DNA of 63,949 nt, counting the filler, from Vicugna vicugna (lineage: Eukaryota), in assembly GCA_013265495.1 (NCBI GenBank). It is 79 parts of 76 records of this genome, joined end to end, with 100 filler letters (N's around TTAATTAATTAA, not from the genome) between each part and the next. Parts side by side here need not be neighbours in the genome. Positions count along the whole stretch, not along the records: positions 61,372 to 62,284 come from PNXW01023788.1; positions 62,385 to 62,889 come from PNXW01023789.1; positions 62,990 to 63,711 come from PNXW01023791.1; positions 63,812 to 63,949 come from MU062376.1; 75 more parts are not named here. One strand, 5' to 3'. Both the position numbers and the translations under genes were made by a program. This document shows positions 61,372 through 63,949 of this stretch, piece by piece (position 1 is the first letter of the stretch; each line of letters opens with the position of its first letter). The notes beneath the pieces were generated by a model. The model worked only from the letters and a program-made list of their open reading frames with translations. It did not search any database and had not been told where the DNA came from.

Positions 61372-62284
61372 CATGTTGATGGAATTCATGTAAATTATAT
61401 ATCTATTAGGATGAATTCACTCCAGAAGTATTCTTCTGTGAATAATGCACGAATTCGAAACTTGTGTTAGGGAAGGCTTGTGAAAATGTGTACACGAGTC
61501 TATATGAAATTATTCCATTAATGGAGGATGAAAAATCTGTAATCCACATGCTCTCAACTCAGGAATGCATGTTTGTCGAATCCGTCATGCATGTAACATG
61601 TACGGAACACGGAATATCATGTTGAAGGAATCTATTCAAATTACATATCTCTAGGGTAGAATTCGCTCCAAGAGGGTTTTTCTGGGATCAAAGTGTGATT
61701 CTTGAAACTGGTGATAGGAGAAGCAACGAAGTCCAAGGAACTATTTCGAAGTGCATAAGTTACTTTTTAGGTGGTTGAAATATCTGTCATGTGCATGTTC
61801 ACAGCTCAGAAATGCAATTTGAGGAATTCGTGATGCATGAATCATGTTCGGAATACGGAATGCCATGGTTATGTAAACAATGAAATTACATGTGTATTGG
61901 TGAGAATTCGCTCAAAGTGAATTTTCTATTGCCAAATGTCCGATTTCAAAACCTGGTGATACAAAAAACTTATGAAGTCAGAGTAAATATTTCAAAGTGT
62001 ATATATGCCATGTTTGGTGGATGAAAGTTCACTAATCCACATGCTCACAACTCAGAAACGCATGTTTGCTGAATCCGTCATGCGTGTAGCATTTACGGAA
62101 TCCGGAATGCCCTGTTGATTGAATGCACTTAAATTACATATCTGTTAGGTGGAAATCACTGCAGAAGAATTTTTCTGTGAAAAATGCACGAATTCTAAGC
62201 TGGTGTTAGGGAAATATTGTGAAAATCTGTACACGTGTTTAGAAGAATATTTTCCTTTTATAGAGGATGAAACATCAGTAATCC
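61372..62284 (+). repeat. SatC: one complete ~740-bp trimer plus the start of the next
   Basis: Monomer starts at 61372, 61618, 61864 and 62111 (246/246/247 bp); 62111 onward repeats the monomer type at 61372. Confidence 0.95.
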
Positions 62285-62750
62285 NNNNNNNNNNNNNNNN
62301 NNNNNNNNNNNNNNNNNNNNNNNNNNNNTTAATTAATTAANNNNNNNNNNNNNNNNNNNNNNNNNNNNNNNNNNNNNNNNNNNNAATTGACATTCAACCC
62401 AGAGCCAAAGAAGACGGGCTGAAACTTGTCGCCTGAATTTAACCAGGTAAATTTCTTGCTAAAACAAACATACCAACTCTATTCAAAGAATTAAAAAAAG
62501 AAAAACCTCCGTGTATGAAAGCATGATATAGCAGTCCAAAATTCCTCAGCATATGAAGAACAGGAGACTCTCAATTCTTACGGGAAAAGACTATTAAGAA
62601 ACATCAACATTGACATGACAAAGTTAATAGAATTACCTGAAAAAGATTTTAAAATAGAAAGTTATTTAAAATATTCTAACGAGAAATTGCAAGCACTCCT
62701 AAAATTAATAGATAGGTTGGAGGACTCAGAAATGAGGTATAAAGAAGGAA

Positions 62751-62889
62751 GGGTCCGCCGCCGCCAGCGGTCGGCCCTGAACCGCGCGCCGCCAGGAGCT
62801 CTCGGACTCGAGCCGGCGCCAAGGAGCCCGGGGCCGCCACCCGTAGCGGCCGAGCGCAGGGCCGGCTGAGCGGGACGCCGCCGCCTCCT
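62751..62889 (+). pseudogene. Probable 5' end (GC-rich 5'UTR) of a processed retrocopy; parent gene unknown
   Basis: Abrupt switch from AT-rich old L1-like DNA to CpG-dense sequence right after TAT|AAAGAAGGAA, which resembles an L1 endonuclease target. Confidence 0.45.
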
Positions 62890-62989
62890 NNNNNNNNNNN
62901 NNNNNNNNNNNNNNNNNNNNNNNNNNNNNNNNNTTAATTAATTAANNNNNNNNNNNNNNNNNNNNNNNNNNNNNNNNNNNNNNNNNNNN

Positions 62990-63711
62990 TGGTTTTGTTA
63001 ATAGGGTAATGGTGGCCTCATAGAATAACTTTGGAAATATTCGTTCCTCCTTCATTTTTTTAATAGTTTGTCGAAAGGGGTTTTAGTGAAGGAATCCAGG
63101 CATTTTATTGAAGGGGTGTTTTTAAAATTATACATTTTATTTAACTTATAATGATGGCTCTTTCCATGTTCTCAATTTTCTCTTTATTCAGTGTTGGCAG
63201 GCTGTACTTTTCTAGAAATTTGTCTATTTCTTTTAGGTGGTCCAGTTTGTTGTCACATAACAGCTCATAGTGCTTCCATAATCTTTTTTTGTATTTCTGT
63301 AATGAGAGATATTATTTCTACTCTTTCATTTCTTATTTTATTTGGGTCCACTCTATGTATTTCTTGATAAGCCTGGCTAAATGCTTACCTGTTTGTTAAT
63401 ATTTTTAAAAAATGTAAAGCTTTTGATTTTATGATTTGTAATTTGATTTTCAAATATTATTTTATTTATTTTCAACATAATGATTAAAGATTTCTCCTTC
63501 TACTGCTTTGGGTTTTGTTTGTTCTTATTTATTGTTATTTTGGGTGGCATGCTTTGTCCTTTCTATGAGGTTTTTCTTGTTCCTTGTAGAAGTCCTGATT
63601 TGCTCTCAACTTCCCTCTTAGATTTGTCTTTGGTGCATCCCATACATTTTATGAAGTCGTGTAATCGTGTTTTCAGTGTAATTTGTCTCCAGGTATGATT
63701 TTATTACCTCT
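62990..63711 (-). mobile_element. Diverged LINE-1 ORF2 fragment
   Basis: TAGGGTAATGGTGGCCTCATAGAAT, TTCTAGAAATTTGTCTATTTCTT.TAGGT..TCCAGTTTGTT, TTTCTTGATAAGCCTGGCTAAA. Confidence 0.85.
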
Positions 63712-63949
63712 NNNNNNNNNNNNNNNNNNNNNNNNNNNNNNNNNNNNNNNNNNNNTTAATTAATTAANNNNNNNNNNNNNNNNNNNNNNNNNNNNNNNNN
63801 NNNNNNNNNNNGTGTCTTTAATGTCATTGGCGACTTTTACAGTTCAGTTCACTATCTGACTTATAATATTTACCTATACTGTCTTGAAGAACTGAGGCCC
63901 AAGGCATATTCAAGTTCAGTCAAAGATTCCCCTCACTTGCCACACTCCC

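Noticed and set aside
10658..62284. Common origin of SatA/B with SatC/D
   Set aside because: Only a short CTCAGGA.T motif is shared; unit lengths and composition differ, so it cannot be supported by eye
826..63767. Regularly recurring palindrome TTAATTAATTAA as a CRISPR-like array or recombination site
   Set aside because: Always flanked by about 44 N on each side, with unrelated variable-length mammalian DNA between copies; it is an assembly linker

Overview
This window is not a contiguous locus. It is an artificial concatenation of about 79 short (roughly 0.06-1.5 kb) unplaced mammalian scaffolds, joined by 78 copies (my count) of a 100-bp linker, N44-TTAATTAATTAA-N44, which has stops in all six frames. 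A tRNA-derived SINE resembling vic-1 points to a camelid (inference). About 40% of fragments are tandem satellite, in five classes labelled here by me. SatA is GC-rich, 267-268 bp. SatB is about 267 bp with heterogeneous monomers. SatC has ~246-bp monomers in a ~740-bp trimer. SatD is 249 bp. SatE is an (ATTCTAT)n-based heptamer satellite. The rest is LINE-1, L2, MIR, LTR and Tigger/MER2 fragments, a 40-bp minisatellite, CpG-island pieces, a probable retrocopy 5' end and one 29-bp ANKRD26-family exon. Nearly all ORFs in the track are spurious (N runs or satellite). I see no intact gene or novel enzymatic system. The most interesting signals are: SatA/SatB and SatC/SatD appear to be two homologous superfamilies, each with a monomeric and a higher-order branch, and five non-satellite segments each occur twice, suggesting an unassembled high-copy macrosatellite or segmental-duplication family. 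Repeat family names come from recall of consensus sequences and need confirming with Dfam/RepeatMasker.
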